From: Vulcanimicrobiota bacterium
Lineage (GTDB): Bacteria > Vulcanimicrobiota > Vulcanimicrobiia > Vulcanimicrobiales > Vulcanimicrobiaceae
NCBI GenBank assembly: GCA_963786105.1
Contig: CAWAXX010000008.1
Location: 31,667 to 95,666, forward strand
Length of the DNA: 64,000 nt
Direction of reading: 5' to 3'
The notes under the pieces were generated by a model. That model ran no database searches. It was not told the origin of the DNA and saw nothing but the letters and a program-made list of their open reading frames with translations. The translations under genes and the position numbers were made by a program. This document shows, one piece after another, positions 1 to 10,347 of the stretch (its first letter is position 1; every line of letters starts with the position of its first letter).

Positions 1-472
1 CCAACTCGTTCTTACGGCAACCTCGTCGACGCACGACGTGATCGAGCCTGAAGATTTACAAACCGGCGCGGTCGTGTGCGAACTCTCGCTGCCGCACGAC
101 GTCAGCCGGCGCGTCGCAAAAGAACGCCCCGACGTCCTGGTGACCGAAGGCGGAAACATGACGGTGCCCGGGACGCCGCGTTTCGAGCGCGTGCGAGAGC
201 GCGGCAGCGATTTCGATTTGAATCTCCCGCCGCGCACCGCACTCGCGTGCATGAGCGAGACGATGGTCTTGGCGCTCGAAGGGCGGTTCGAGCCCTATAC
301 GCTGGGCCGCGGAATCGATCTTCAAAAAGTGATCGATATGAACGCGATGGCCAAGCGTTGCGGCTTCACGCTGGCAGACATGCGCGCGTTCGATGCCGCC
401 ATCACCCCGGAGCGCATAGCCGAAATCCGCAACGCGGCCGAAGCCCGCCGCCGCGCAGGAGCCGTCGTATGA
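1..472 (+). CDS. 5'-truncated dehydrogenase, acyl-ACP reductase-like / shikimate-quinate dehydrogenase-like C-terminus
   Basis: Open frame from the window edge; GAVVCELSLPHDV..VLVTEGG and ALACMSETMVLALEGRFEPYTLGR resemble the C-terminus of the COG5322/AAR-like family. Confidence 0.6.
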   Translation, partial: QLVLTATSSTHDVIEPEDLQTGAVVCELSLPHDVSRRVAKERPDVLVTEGGNMTVPGTPRFERVRERGSDFDLNLPPRTALACMSETMVLALEGRFEPYTLGRGIDLQKVIDMNAMAKRCGFTLADMRAFDAAITPERIAEIRNAAEARRRAGAVV

Positions 473-1384
473 AGAACGTCGTGTCGGTATCTTTAGGCTC
501 GTCTACGCGGGACCACCGCGCCAACGTCACCCTCTTGGGAGAAGAGTTCGACATCTCACGCGAGGGCACCGACGGAAAACTCGACGTCGCGATCGCGAGG
601 GTACGCGCGCTCGACGGGCACGTCGACGCGATCGGGTTGGGCGGCATCGACGTGTACCTGTACGCAGGTCAGCACCGCTACGCGCTCCGCGACGGACTGC
701 GGTTGCTCGAAGCCGCGAAGATCACGCCGGTGGTCGACGGCAGCGGTCTCAAGAACACGCTTGGAACGCGAGGCGGTCCGGTTCATGCAGGACGAACTCG
801 ACATGGATCTGCGCGGGAAGCACGTGCTCATGGTGAGCGCGCTCGACCGCTTCGGAATGGCTCAGGCGCTGGTCGACGCCGGCGCCGACGTGCTGTTCGG
901 AGATTTTATTTTCGCCCTCGACAAAGACATGCCGGTGCGCGACCTCAAGACGTTCGAAGAAATGGCGGAAAAATATCTTCCGGATGCGTGCAAGCTGCCG
1001 TTTCAGTTCTTCTATCCGACCGGCAAGAAACAAGAGAAGCCGCCCGATCCCAAATACCCGCAGTACTACGAAGAAGCCGAGATCGTCGCCGGCGACTTTC
1101 ATTTCATGCGGCAGTTCATGCCGGACCGCCTCGACGGGAAGATCGTCCTGACCAACACGGTGACGCCGCGCAATATCGAAGAGCTATCGTCGCGGGGCGT
1201 GAAAATGCTGATCACCACGACGCCGGACTTTGGCGGCCGCTCCTTCGGAACCAACGTCATCGAGGCCGCGCTGCTGGCGCTGCTCGGAAAGAAATGGAGC
1301 GAGGTGACCCCGGACGATTACCAGCGCGTCTTGCACGAGTTGCATCTCAAACCGCGCGTCGCCACGTTCAGCGACGGACCCTAA
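469..1384 (+). CDS. Conserved protein usually annotated 'quinate 5-dehydrogenase', with one +1 frameshift near 761
   Basis: ATGA overlap with the upstream gene; MKNVVSVSLGSSTRDH...VVDGSGLKNTL continues in the next frame as EREAVRFMQ...GRSFGTNVIEAALLAL. Confidence 0.6.
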
Positions 1385-1392
1385 ACGCTAGC

Positions 1393-2783
1393 GTGGCCGT
1401 CGCCGTAAACGTTCGGCCGGAGCCGCGTCACCGGCTCCCGCAGGTCCTGCGCTTCTTCGACGTCACGGTGCTGGCATCGGCATCGATGGGTCCGGCGTAT
1501 TCGCTCGCGTCGACGATGGGCCCGATGGTCGCCGTCGCGGGGGCGGCTGCACCGCTGTCGCTGGCGTCGCTCTCGGGGATCATGCTCTGCATCGCGGTGT
1601 CGTTTTCGATGCTGTCGCGGGTCGCGCCGAATGCCGGGTCGTCGTATTCGTGGATTCGGATGGAGTTCGGCAACGCGATCGGCGCCTACGGCGCGTGGCT
1701 GCTGATCCTGTCGAACTTTTTTGCGACGATGGCGATCGCCGTGCCCGCCGGAAGTTACACGCTCGAACTGGTCGCACCGGCAAAAGCGCGCGTCGCCGGT
1801 TTGGGTTGCGGGCGTCGGCGCCGTGTGGATCCTCGCGAGCACGATCCTGCTGTACGTCGGGTTGCGGCCGACGGCGCTCGTCACGTTTTTCGCGCTTGCT
1901 TTTCGAACTGGTCGTGCTGTGCGCGGCGGCGGTGGCGTCGTACGTCGCTCCCCACGCGGCCGCGATCGCCGCAGCGAATCCCGCGCACGCGGGGATTCCG
2001 ATGACGTTCGCCGGCTTCGTGACGGCGATGACGCTCGGCATCTGGATGAGCGACGGTTGGGAAGTCTCTGCCTCGACCGGTGAAGAGGTCAAAGGCGATA
2101 GCGCGCGCCGCCGGTCGCGGCGGTATCGTCGGCTTAGTCGTGACGACCGTCATTCTCATCGGTTGCATGACCGCGTTTCTCCATCTCGGTACGCCGAAGG
2201 GTTTTGCCGACAATGCGGCCGATTCGCTCGAATACGTCAGCCGTCTGCTCGGCGGCGGAGCGTGGCGGCTCGCGATCGTCAGCGCCGTCATGATTTCGAC
2301 GCTGTCGACACTTGTGGACGACGATTCTGTATCTCTCGCGTTCGGTGTTCGCCATGGGTCGCGACGGCGTGTTGCCGCGCGCCCTCGGCGAGCTCGACCG
2401 TCGCAACGAGCCGCTGTGGGCGCTTGTCGCGGTCGCCGTGCTGACGACGATTTGCCAACTCGTTACCGGTTTTTCACCGACGGCCAACGAGCAGCTGAAC
2501 ACGGTGGTTAACGGCGAGCTCCGTTTTCCTCGGATTGCTGTTCGTGTTGAGCGCGCTGGCGTCGGTGCGGCGTTTCGTTTCCGAACGCAACGCGCTGCTG
2601 CCGGGCGTCATCGTCCCGGCAATCGGGGCGCTCGCGCTGCTCGGCGTTCTGATGGTGACCATTCGTTTCGAAGACCGCCCGACTCAGCTGTACGCTTGGG
2701 GCGGCGTCCTCTTGGGTATACTCTTTGCCCTGTGGCGGGGCCGGAAAATCCACAGCGGCGCGCGCGGCATGGGAGCCGAGTAG
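1393..2783 (+). CDS. APC-family amino acid permease, five apparent +1 frameshifts
   Basis: TM-rich segments in successive frames: SASMGPAYSLAS, PNAGSSYSW, GWEVSASTGEEVK, SRSVFAMGRDGVLP; frame switches near 1787, 1900, 2102, 2312 and 2514. Confidence 0.75.
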
Positions 2784-2924
2784 CAGCAGCTATCCCTGGA
2801 AAGACACTCAGGGAAGGGGAAGGATTTTACCCCCCGAACAAACCGCGCCAGCGCCCGAGGGCGCCATCAATCCGAGGGTTCGAAGCGAGCGTTCGCTTGA
2901 GAATCCCTTTCTGAGGGTCTGTAC

Positions 2925-3434
2925 TTGAACGACAAAGAGATCGTCCTCACCGCCGAAGGTTTGATCAAACTCGAGAACGAGCTCGACGAGTTCAAGACCA
3001 TGCATCGTCGCGACGTCAACGATCGCATTCGCCAAGCCAAAGAGTACGGCGACCTGAGCGAAAACGCCGAGTACGAGGACGCAAAGCAAGAGCAGGCCTT
3101 TATCGAAGGCCGCATTCTCAAGCTCGAAGCGATGATTCGAAACGCCCGGATCATCGACGAGTCGGAGTACGCCGCCGACGAAGTCCACCTTGGAGCGATC
3201 GTCAAGGTCAAGGACCTCAAGAGCAACGACAGCTACGAGTTTTCAATCGTCGGCTCGGCTGAAGCCGATCCGTCGAATCGCCGCATTTCGAACGAGTCGC
3301 CGCTCGGCAGGGCGCTGATCGGCCACAAGAAGGGCGCGACCGTCGACGTCTCGACGCCGCGCGGCGTCGTCAAGTACAAGATCGAATCGATCAAGAGCAA
3401 CGCACCCAAGAGGCCCACCAAGAAAGCGAGTTGA
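2925..3434 (+). CDS. greA: Transcription elongation factor GreA
   Basis: GDLSENAEYEDAK and ISNESPLGRALIG motifs; upstream of lysS. Confidence 0.97.
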   Translation: MNDKEIVLTAEGLIKLENELDEFKTMHRRDVNDRIRQAKEYGDLSENAEYEDAKQEQAFIEGRILKLEAMIRNARIIDESEYAADEVHLGAIVKVKDLKSNDSYEFSIVGSAEADPSNRRISNESPLGRALIGHKKGATVDVSTPRGVVKYKIESIKSNAPKRPTKKAS

Positions 3435-3559
3435 TGCCTAGCAAGGCCTGATTTATCCTATTTCTTCGTCGCCTCCGGTCTCATTTGCCGTAGCAAACTT
3501 CGACCATCGGCTCCTCGAACTTGAATAAACCAGACCTCCCTAGGCCGAGCCGTGGAGAT

Positions 3560-5059
3560 ATGCACGAAGAGCTTGGGAAGACCGAAGCAGCCCTCGTAGC
3601 GGCCAGACGCGATAATCTGGCCGCTTTGCGTTCGCGCGGAAACGATCCGTTCGCGCAGACGCGCTACGACGTCGACGCAACCGCCGCCGAGTTGGTCGCG
3701 CGTTACGCGTTTCTCGTCCCGGGCCAAAATGCGGCGGCCGAAGGGTGGAATCTCGCGGGCCGGTTGCTGTCGAAGCGGCGCATGGGCAAGACCATCTTCG
3801 CGGATCTCGCCGATCGGACCGGACGAATCCAACTCTACGTTCGCAAGGACGAGATCGGCGAGGACGGCTTCGCCGACTGGAACGATCTCGACCGCGGCGA
3901 CCTGGTCGGCGTGCGCGGTTACATGTTCCGCTCGAAGATGGGCGAGATCACGCTGCACGTCAGTTCCTTCGACGTTCTCGGAAAGTCGCTGATGCCGCTG
4001 CCCGACAAGTGGCACGGTCTAGTCGACGTGGAGAAGCGCTATCGCCAGCGCTACGTCGACCTGATCGTCAATCCAGACGTTCGCGATACGATGATCGTGC
4101 GAAGCCGGCTGGTTGCCGAGATGCGGCGCTTCATCGACGGTCACGGTTTTTACGAGGTCGAAACGCCGACGTTGCTGCACGTCGCCGGCGGAGCGGCGGC
4201 GCGGCCGTTCGTGACCCACTGCAACGCGCTCGATCAGATCATGCAGTTGCGGATTGCCACCGAGCTGAACCTCAAGCGGCTGATCGTCGGCGGTCTCGAG
4301 CGCGTGTATGAAATCGGCCGGATTTTTCGCAACGAAGGCATCGACACGACCCACAACCCCGAGTTCACGATGCTCGAACTCTACGCCGCGTACTGGGACG
4401 TCCGCGATATGATGGAGTTTAACGAAGGCCTGATCGCCCATCTCGTTTCGGTCGTCACCGGCGGGGCCAGCGAGCTCGCGTACGGCGATGCCACCATTTC
4501 GTTCGCGCGGCCGTTTGCGCGCATCGCCTATCTCGAAGGCATGGCTCGCTACAGCGACGGCAAGTACACGCGGGAACGCCTGCTGGATCCGCAGGGGGCG
4601 GCCGAAATCCTGCGCGAGTTCGGCTTGCCGGAGTCGCCGACGCACGGCCACTCGCTCGACAAGATCTTCGAGCGCGTCTTCGAGCCTCACTTGATCGCGC
4701 CGACCTTCGTTACCGACTACCCGGTCATCATTTCGCCGCTGGCCAAGCGCAAAGCCGACGATCCGGATATCGTCGATCGTTACGAACTCTTCTGCGCGCG
4801 CATGGAAATCTCGAACGCCTTTACCGAGTTGAACGACCCCGACGATCAGCGCGCGCGGTTCGAGGCTCAAGTTGCGGAGCGCGCGAAGGGCGACGAAGAG
4901 ATCCCGGAGCCGGATTGGGATTTCGTGCGCGCGCTCGAATACGGCATGCCGCCCACCGCCGGCATCGGGATCGGCGTCGACCGACTCATCATGCTGCTTA
5001 CCGGCCATCAGTCGGTACGCGACGTGCTGGTCTTCCCGCTGCAAAGGCAGCACGGTTGA
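3560..5059 (+). CDS. lysS: Lysine--tRNA ligase (class II)
   Basis: RYRQRYVDLI, FRNEGIDTTHNPEFTMLE, EYGMPPTAGIGIGVDRL; ATG at 3560 after GGAG. Confidence 0.97.
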   Translation: MHEELGKTEAALVAARRDNLAALRSRGNDPFAQTRYDVDATAAELVARYAFLVPGQNAAAEGWNLAGRLLSKRRMGKTIFADLADRTGRIQLYVRKDEIGEDGFADWNDLDRGDLVGVRGYMFRSKMGEITLHVSSFDVLGKSLMPLPDKWHGLVDVEKRYRQRYVDLIVNPDVRDTMIVRSRLVAEMRRFIDGHGFYEVETPTLLHVAGGAAARPFVTHCNALDQIMQLRIATELNLKRLIVGGLERVYEIGRIFRNEGIDTTHNPEFTMLELYAAYWDVRDMMEFNEGLIAHLVSVVTGGASELAYGDATISFARPFARIAYLEGMARYSDGKYTRERLLDPQGAAEILREFGLPESPTHGHSLDKIFERVFEPHLIAPTFVTDYPVIISPLAKRKADDPDIVDRYELFCARMEISNAFTELNDPDDQRARFEAQVAERAKGDEEIPEPDWDFVRALEYGMPPTAGIGIGVDRLIMLLTGHQSVRDVLVFPLQRQHG

Positions 5060-5751
5060 TGGTGAAGCGCGCGCTCCTTCTTTGGATCGCGCTCGCGTTA
5101 GCAACGGCCATCGTTCCGGCGACCGCCAAGGACACGGTCGTTGCTCCCTATTATCTCAGACCCGGCACCGTCGATTTGCGAGTGTTGCTCGCCCCTCCGC
5201 CGGAGGTGGACTCCTCCCAGCAGCAGTACGATGAAAAGAAAATTGCCGAAGTGTTGGCGTCGCGCACCGACGTCGACATGGCTCAGGTATCCGCCGACGC
5301 GCATCGCTCGATCTTCGTCTTCAGCGACGTGCTTGGCGGCGGATTCACGATGGAACGCGCACCGCTTGCCACCGCGCTCTTCCGGCACGTCGGCGCCGAC
5401 ACCGAAGCGTTGATCGAGCAAGCGAAGACGTACTTCGCGCGTCCGCGGCCGCCAGGTGCATCGCAAACGCACGGGTCGTACCCGAGCGGTCACGCCGCGT
5501 TCGCGTCGTGCGCGGCGATTTTGCTAGGGCAGATGGTGCCCGAGAAACGGCAGCCGCTCTTCCAGCGCGCCAGCATTTTTGCCGAGAGCCGCATCGTCGC
5601 CGGCGTGCACTACCCTAGCGACGTCGAAGCCGGGTGGATTTCCGGGACCGTCATCGCCGGGGCGCTTTTGCGCGAGCCCCGGTTCAGGGCAGATTTCAAC
5701 GCGGCCCGAGCCGAAGTGCGTCGAGCGCTCGGCTTGCCGAGCTTACCGTAA
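5059..5751 (+). CDS. Secreted PAP2-family (class A) acid phosphatase
   Basis: Signal peptide; KTYFARPRP, SYPSGH and SRIVAGVHYPSD motifs. Confidence 0.9.
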   Translation: MVKRALLLWIALALATAIVPATAKDTVVAPYYLRPGTVDLRVLLAPPPEVDSSQQQYDEKKIAEVLASRTDVDMAQVSADAHRSIFVFSDVLGGGFTMERAPLATALFRHVGADTEALIEQAKTYFARPRPPGASQTHGSYPSGHAAFASCAAILLGQMVPEKRQPLFQRASIFAESRIVAGVHYPSDVEAGWISGTVIAGALLREPRFRADFNAARAEVRRALGLPSLP

Positions 5752-5769
5752 GGGAGGGTTCCCGCCACC

Positions 5770-5928
5770 ATGGACGGACAGAAGTGTGCCCATCCGCAAT
5801 GCACGTGCTTCGTCGACCTCGGGATGCTGTATTGCAGCCCTCGCTGCCGGGAGCTTGACGACCAGGATGGCGACGCCGCCCCGCGCGACCCATGCGGCTG
5901 CCGGCATGCCGGGTGCTTGTCGCGTTGA
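5770..5928 (+). CDS. Small Cys-rich metallothionein-like protein (52 aa, not in the ORF track)
   Basis: Manual translation MDGQKCAHPQCTCFVDLGMLYCSPRCRELDDQDGDAAPRDPCGCRHAGCLSR; 8 Cys, 2 His; GGGAGGG upstream. Confidence 0.75.
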   Translation: MDGQKCAHPQCTCFVDLGMLYCSPRCRELDDQDGDAAPRDPCGCRHAGCLSR

Positions 5929-5997
5929 AACCTACGTATAATAAGCTGGTTCTTGGTAGTATGTAGCTTCCTATAAGTAAGGAGATGTGCTTCTACC

Positions 5998-6438
5998 GTG
6001 GACCTCACCAAAGAATACCCTCGGAGCGTCCGGGCCAAATGGCAGGGCGTCGTTCAACTTGGCCGCACCATCGATAAAGCCAAGGCCACCGCTCACGGCA
6101 ACGTGGGCGACTACCATTACCAATGCGCGATGGACCAGGCCGTTTTTGGGTTCCTGGGCATCGACGGGGACAAGCTGCTCGAGACCGTTCGCACCGCCGG
6201 CAGCGACGCCGACATCGAAACATTCACTCGCCCGTTCGTGGCGGCGAAGTCGGCCGAAGAGATCGCCCGCTGGAACCGCCAGTGGCTCGAGAAGCGGCCG
6301 CAAGGAGAATCGCTCGAGTACTTCCTCCAGCTTCGCAACCAGATCGCGCCCGACCGGACCGATGTGGTAGCGTGGCCCGACTTGCTCGACCTGGACGAAA
6401 AGCGCGAGGTGCCGCACCGGGCTCCAGCGGCGGTATAG
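5998..6438 (+). CDS. DUF5069-like protein
   Basis: DLTKEYPRS..LGRTIDKAKA..GDYHYQCAMDQAVFGFLGI..LLDLDE; AAGGAG RBS. Confidence 0.7.
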   Translation: MDLTKEYPRSVRAKWQGVVQLGRTIDKAKATAHGNVGDYHYQCAMDQAVFGFLGIDGDKLLETVRTAGSDADIETFTRPFVAAKSAEEIARWNRQWLEKRPQGESLEYFLQLRNQIAPDRTDVVAWPDLLDLDEKREVPHRAPAAV

Positions 6439-6449
6439 ACTATCCGGGG

Positions 6450-7238
6450 CTGCCGCTCACCACGGTACGGCTCACCGTCGAGTACGACGGGACCGAATTC
6501 AGCGGATTCCAGTGGCAGCCGGCGGCTAGAACCGTCGCCGGCGTTCTGGAGTCCGCTCTTTCTCGGCTGATGGCCGAGAGGATCAAAATTTCGGCGGCCG
6601 GACGGACCGATGCGGGCGTGCACGCGTGCGGACAAGTCGTCTCGTTTTCGACCAGCCGGGCGTTTCCGTTCGACCGGCTCTGTTTGGCACTCAACAGCGA
6701 GCTCCCCGATGACGTGGGCGTCCGCGAGTCGGCCCTAGTGAACGCCTCGTTCTCCGCGCGCTTCTCGGCAAAGGAGCGCACGTACGTGTACGCTATTTTC
6801 AACCGCCCTCAGCCCGACCCGCTGCTGTCGCGCCACGCCTACCACGTGTGGCTTCCGATCGACGTGGACCCGCTGCATGCTGCCGCCGTTGGTCTACTCG
6901 GCGAACGCGATTTTCGTTCGTTCTGCGGCTTATTGCCGGAGGGCGGCGTGACCGTCCGCGACGTGCGCCGACTGGCAGTCGAGCGTCGCGGCAACCTGAT
7001 CCGGATCGAAATCACCGCGAGCGGGTTTCTGCACCGAATGGTGCGGACGATCGTCGGAACGCTGGTCGATTGCGGCACCGGACGGCGCAAGCCCGGCGAG
7101 TTGCCCGGCATTCTGGAGGCCCGCGACCGGCGCGCCGCCGGACATACGGCGCCTCCTAACGGCCTCTATCTGGCCGGGGTGCGGTACGACGACGGCTACG
7201 ACTCGTACGCCGAGCCGCCGATCTTTCGCTGGGGCTGA
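6450..7238 (+). CDS. truA: tRNA pseudouridine(38-40) synthase; start approximate
   Basis: VEYDGTEFSGFQWQ, AGRTDAGVHA, GFLHRMVRTIVG, TAPPNGLYL. Confidence 0.93.
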   Translation: MPLTTVRLTVEYDGTEFSGFQWQPAARTVAGVLESALSRLMAERIKISAAGRTDAGVHACGQVVSFSTSRAFPFDRLCLALNSELPDDVGVRESALVNASFSARFSAKERTYVYAIFNRPQPDPLLSRHAYHVWLPIDVDPLHAAAVGLLGERDFRSFCGLLPEGGVTVRDVRRLAVERRGNLIRIEITASGFLHRMVRTIVGTLVDCGTGRRKPGELPGILEARDRRAAGHTAPPNGLYLAGVRYDDGYDSYAEPPIFRWG

Positions 7239-7248
7239 ACTCGCCGGA

Positions 7249-7689
7249 CTATTCGATTTCGCCGAGCAGCCGCTCGAGCTGCCGGGTTTGGCCAAGACTG
7301 AGCCGGCGCATGAGCCGCGCGGCGGCTTCGGCGGCCGTAATCGACGCATCGGTTATCAGCGTGCGACCAGCGGGGGTGAGGACTACGCGGCTCGAGCGCG
7401 CGTCGCCGAGGTCGCGTTCGCGCCGTACGATGCCGCGCTTCTCCAGCGGCAGCAGCGCGCGGGTCACGCCCGAGGCGGTCAGCTCGAGATCGCCGGCCAA
7501 GTCGGTCGGCCTTTGGCCCGACTCAGGCGCGTCGGCCAGCGCGCGCAGCAGGCGCAACTCGGCAAAACCGAGCCCGTGATGGCCGCCGAGGCCCGCCTCG
7601 AGCTTGCGGGTAATCGCGGCGTGCGTTTTCGATAGGCGCAGCAGGGCTGCGAGGTGAGCGTCGTCCATGAAGCCATGATACTTGCGCAA
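7249..7689 (-). CDS. MarR-family transcriptional regulator
   Basis: wHTH LAGDLELTASGVTRALLPLEKRGIVRR..DARSSRVVLTPAG; start may be the Met near 7668. Confidence 0.85.
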   Translation of the reverse strand: MRKYHGFMDDAHLAALLRLSKTHAAITRKLEAGLGGHHGLGFAELRLLRALADAPESGQRPTDLAGDLELTASGVTRALLPLEKRGIVRRERDLGDARSSRVVLTPAGRTLITDASITAAEAAARLMRRLSLGQTRQLERLLGEIE

Positions 7690-7793
7690 TCAAGTACTAG
7701 TCAAGTACTAGCGAAGCTCTCGAAACGCTTGACGGCGCTTGCCGCGGCCGAGTAAGATGCGGAGGTTTCACTCTCTCGAGGATACTCGCGCAG

Positions 7794-8228
7794 ATGCGTA
7801 CCTATCAACAAAAGACCGCACAGACCAAGCACGATTGGTACATCGTCGATGCGACCGGGCAGCGCCTCGGGACGCTGGCGGTTCGGATCGCGCGCGCCCT
7901 GTCGGGCAAACACAAACCCACCTGGACGCCCCACATCGACGACGGCGACCACGTGATCGTGATCAACGCCGAGAAGATCGAGCTGGGCGGCAACAAGCTC
8001 GACCAGAAACTCTACTATCGCCACAGCGGCTACCCGGGCGGGCTGCGCGTGCAAACCGCACGCGAGATTGCGGACAAGCACCCCGAGCGCCTGATCGAAA
8101 AGGCCGTGCGGGGGATGCTCGCTACCAATCGCACGCGCAACGATCAGTTACGCCGGTTGAACGTGTACGCCGGCGCCGAGCACCCGCATACCGCGCAGAA
8201 CCCACAGCCCTTGTTCGAATATTTCTAG
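7794..8228 (+). CDS. rplM: 50S ribosomal protein L13
   Basis: WYIVDATGQRLGTLA, GKHKPTWTPHIDDGD, YYRHSGYPGGL. Confidence 0.98.
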   Translation: MRTYQQKTAQTKHDWYIVDATGQRLGTLAVRIARALSGKHKPTWTPHIDDGDHVIVINAEKIELGGNKLDQKLYYRHSGYPGGLRVQTAREIADKHPERLIEKAVRGMLATNRTRNDQLRRLNVYAGAEHPHTAQNPQPLFEYF

Positions 8229-8237
8229 GAGCGCATT

Positions 8238-8627
8238 TTGAGCGACGTCATTCAAGCCACCGGCCGCCGCAAGCGCGCCATCGCGCGCGTCTCGCTGACG
8301 CTCGGACAAGGCGTGATTCGAATCAACGGCAAGCCGGTCGAAGAGTACTTTCCGCGTCCCCAGTTGCTGCAGATCGTGCGCCAGCCGTTCGAAGCGACGC
8401 AGAGTCTTTCGCGCTTCGACGTAACGGTCAAAGCGGAAGGAGGCGGAGTCACCGGACAAGCCGGCGCCGTGCGCCACGGCATCGCGCGAGCGCTGATCGA
8501 GATCGACGAGAGCTTCAAGGCGATCATGCGCCAAAACGGCTTCCTGACGCGCGATCCGCGCGAAAAGGAATCGAAGAAGTACGGTCGCAAGCGCGCGCGC
8601 AAGCGCTTCCAGTTCAGCAAGCGCTAG
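8238..8627 (+). CDS. rpsI: 30S ribosomal protein S9
   Basis: TGRRKRAIARV, GGGVTGQAGAVRHGIARAL, C-terminal FQFSKR. Confidence 0.98.
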   Translation: MSDVIQATGRRKRAIARVSLTLGQGVIRINGKPVEEYFPRPQLLQIVRQPFEATQSLSRFDVTVKAEGGGVTGQAGAVRHGIARALIEIDESFKAIMRQNGFLTRDPREKESKKYGRKRARKRFQFSKR

Positions 8628-8685
8628 TGGTTCTTTAACAACGAGCGAGTCGATTCGCGCACGAACGTCGAAGGAGGTTGCCCCT

Positions 8686-9738
8686 ATGGGCGCCTCCTTT
8701 GCGCTTGCGTTGCGTCTCGCCGTCATTGGCGTCGGCGCGCTCGCGCTCGCCTGGCAACCCGCCGCCGGGTGGGTCGAACGCGAATATGTCAACGGCGCGT
8801 ATCCGGGTTGGGAGCACGCCGCGTATTCGCTAACCCGCGGCTTGCCCTGGTCGCTCGGCGATCTCGCGTTCGGCGTCGGCATCGCGGCCATCGTGTGGCG
8901 CATCGTTGCGTACGCGCGCAGGCCGCGCCGCCGAAACGCGGCGTTCGGCATGCTGCTACTCGACGTCGCGGCGATCGTCGGCCTGTACGCCGTCTGGTTT
9001 GAAGTCGCTTGGGGCTGGAACTACGCCCGCGCGCCGATCGAGACGCGGGTGGTGTTCGATGCCGCGCTCGTGACGCCGGCGGCGGCCGAGCGGTTGCGCA
9101 CGCGGGCGATGGCAGAAATAAACGAACTCGCCGCAGCGGCGCACGCGCGCGCCGAAGCGCCGCTCGATATCGATGCGTTACGCGAGGCGTGGCTGCCTTC
9201 CGTCCGTCGCGCCGGCGACGATTGGATACCCAACGTCGGGCCGGCCAAACCGACGCTCGCCAATCCGTTCATGGAAGCCACCGGAACCAGCGGATTCATC
9301 AATCCGCTCACCCTGAACACGCAACTCGCCGGTGACGTGCTGTGGTTCGAGCGGCCGTTCGATCAGTCGCACGAATGGAGTCACGTTGCCGCTTACGCTC
9401 GCGAGGACGAAGCCAACTACTTGGCCATCCTCACCTGTCTGCGATCTCCGGATCCGGTTCAGCGTTACTCGGGGTGGCTGGAGCTATTTCTCTATCTCCC
9501 GCAGAAACGACACTACGCGCACCGCGAGTTCGTTCCGTTCGTTTGGCAAGATTTCGCCGCCATGCGCCTGCGCGACTCACGACACATCAACGTGTTGTTG
9601 GCGCACTGGACGTGGCGCACGTACAACGTCTATCTCAAGAGCAATCGCATCGCGTCCGGCATTCAAAACTACAACGAGGTGACGCGATTGATCCTCGGCG
9701 CACCTTTGGACGCGCAAGGACTACCGCAGGCGAGGTGA
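8686..9738 (+). CDS. DUF3810-like membrane-anchored putative zinc metallopeptidase
   Basis: N-terminal TMs, WGWNYAR, HEWSH..AREDEANY (HExxH plus E). Confidence 0.75.
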   Translation: MGASFALALRLAVIGVGALALAWQPAAGWVEREYVNGAYPGWEHAAYSLTRGLPWSLGDLAFGVGIAAIVWRIVAYARRPRRRNAAFGMLLLDVAAIVGLYAVWFEVAWGWNYARAPIETRVVFDAALVTPAAAERLRTRAMAEINELAAAAHARAEAPLDIDALREAWLPSVRRAGDDWIPNVGPAKPTLANPFMEATGTSGFINPLTLNTQLAGDVLWFERPFDQSHEWSHVAAYAREDEANYLAILTCLRSPDPVQRYSGWLELFLYLPQKRHYAHREFVPFVWQDFAAMRLRDSRHINVLLAHWTWRTYNVYLKSNRIASGIQNYNEVTRLILGAPLDAQGLPQAR

Positions 9739-10255
9739 GCTGATGTCGGCATCGACGCCCCGCGGCACCAGATAGTAGAACGCGATCGCGAGATACGCGC
9801 CAAAACTCACGACCGGAAGAACCGGCGCCAAGAGCGTGGCGATCGCGTAGCCCGCCCATCCGACACGATAGGCGCGAACGGTCGACGTTACGGTTGCCGA
9901 ACTCACCGAGGGCGCGAAAGCCCACTGCCGCACCAAGTGCGCGAGCAGCAGATTGTAAACCGTCGAGCAGTACGAAAGCGTGAGGGGGTAAAGGAGCGTC
10001 GACGCTTTGAACGTGGGGTACGACCCCAGCGTGCTGGTCGCGAACAAAATGAAGCCGGTCCCCCCAAAAGCAAGAGGTTGAGAAATACAGTCGTGCGATC
10101 GATGCGCTCCACTTCGGCCACAGGTGCAGCAGCGATCGCGTTACGTCGAGATTCGAGGGGTCGCGCATGCCGGGCAGGACGAACCCGAGGACCAGCAGCG
10201 TGGTGGCGAACGCGAAGACTCCGTCTGAAAACGCCTCGAATCGAGCCTTGTTCAT
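9721..10255 (-). pseudogene. TMEM175/DUF1211 potassium channel, disrupted
   Basis: RFEAFSDGVFAFATTLLVL signature; LHLWP runs directly out of frame into VERIDRTTVFLNLLLL (helix 2 missing); second shift at a G-run near 10060. Confidence 0.7.
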
Positions 10256-10347
10256 GCTCTACGCTCGTTACCGGTTTCCAAACGCCGACATACTTCGGCC
10301 ATTGCGCGGTTGCCTTCCGACCACCACGGCGAGCCATCCTATGAGGC

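Noticed and set aside
76..2004. 642-aa ORF from the track
   Set aside because: Artefact joining the N-terminus of the 469 gene and the permease N-terminus through frameshifted sequence
10256..10347. Sigma28 promoter for the flagellar-like cluster
   Set aside because: Only a weak GCCGACAT resemblance with no properly spaced TAAA
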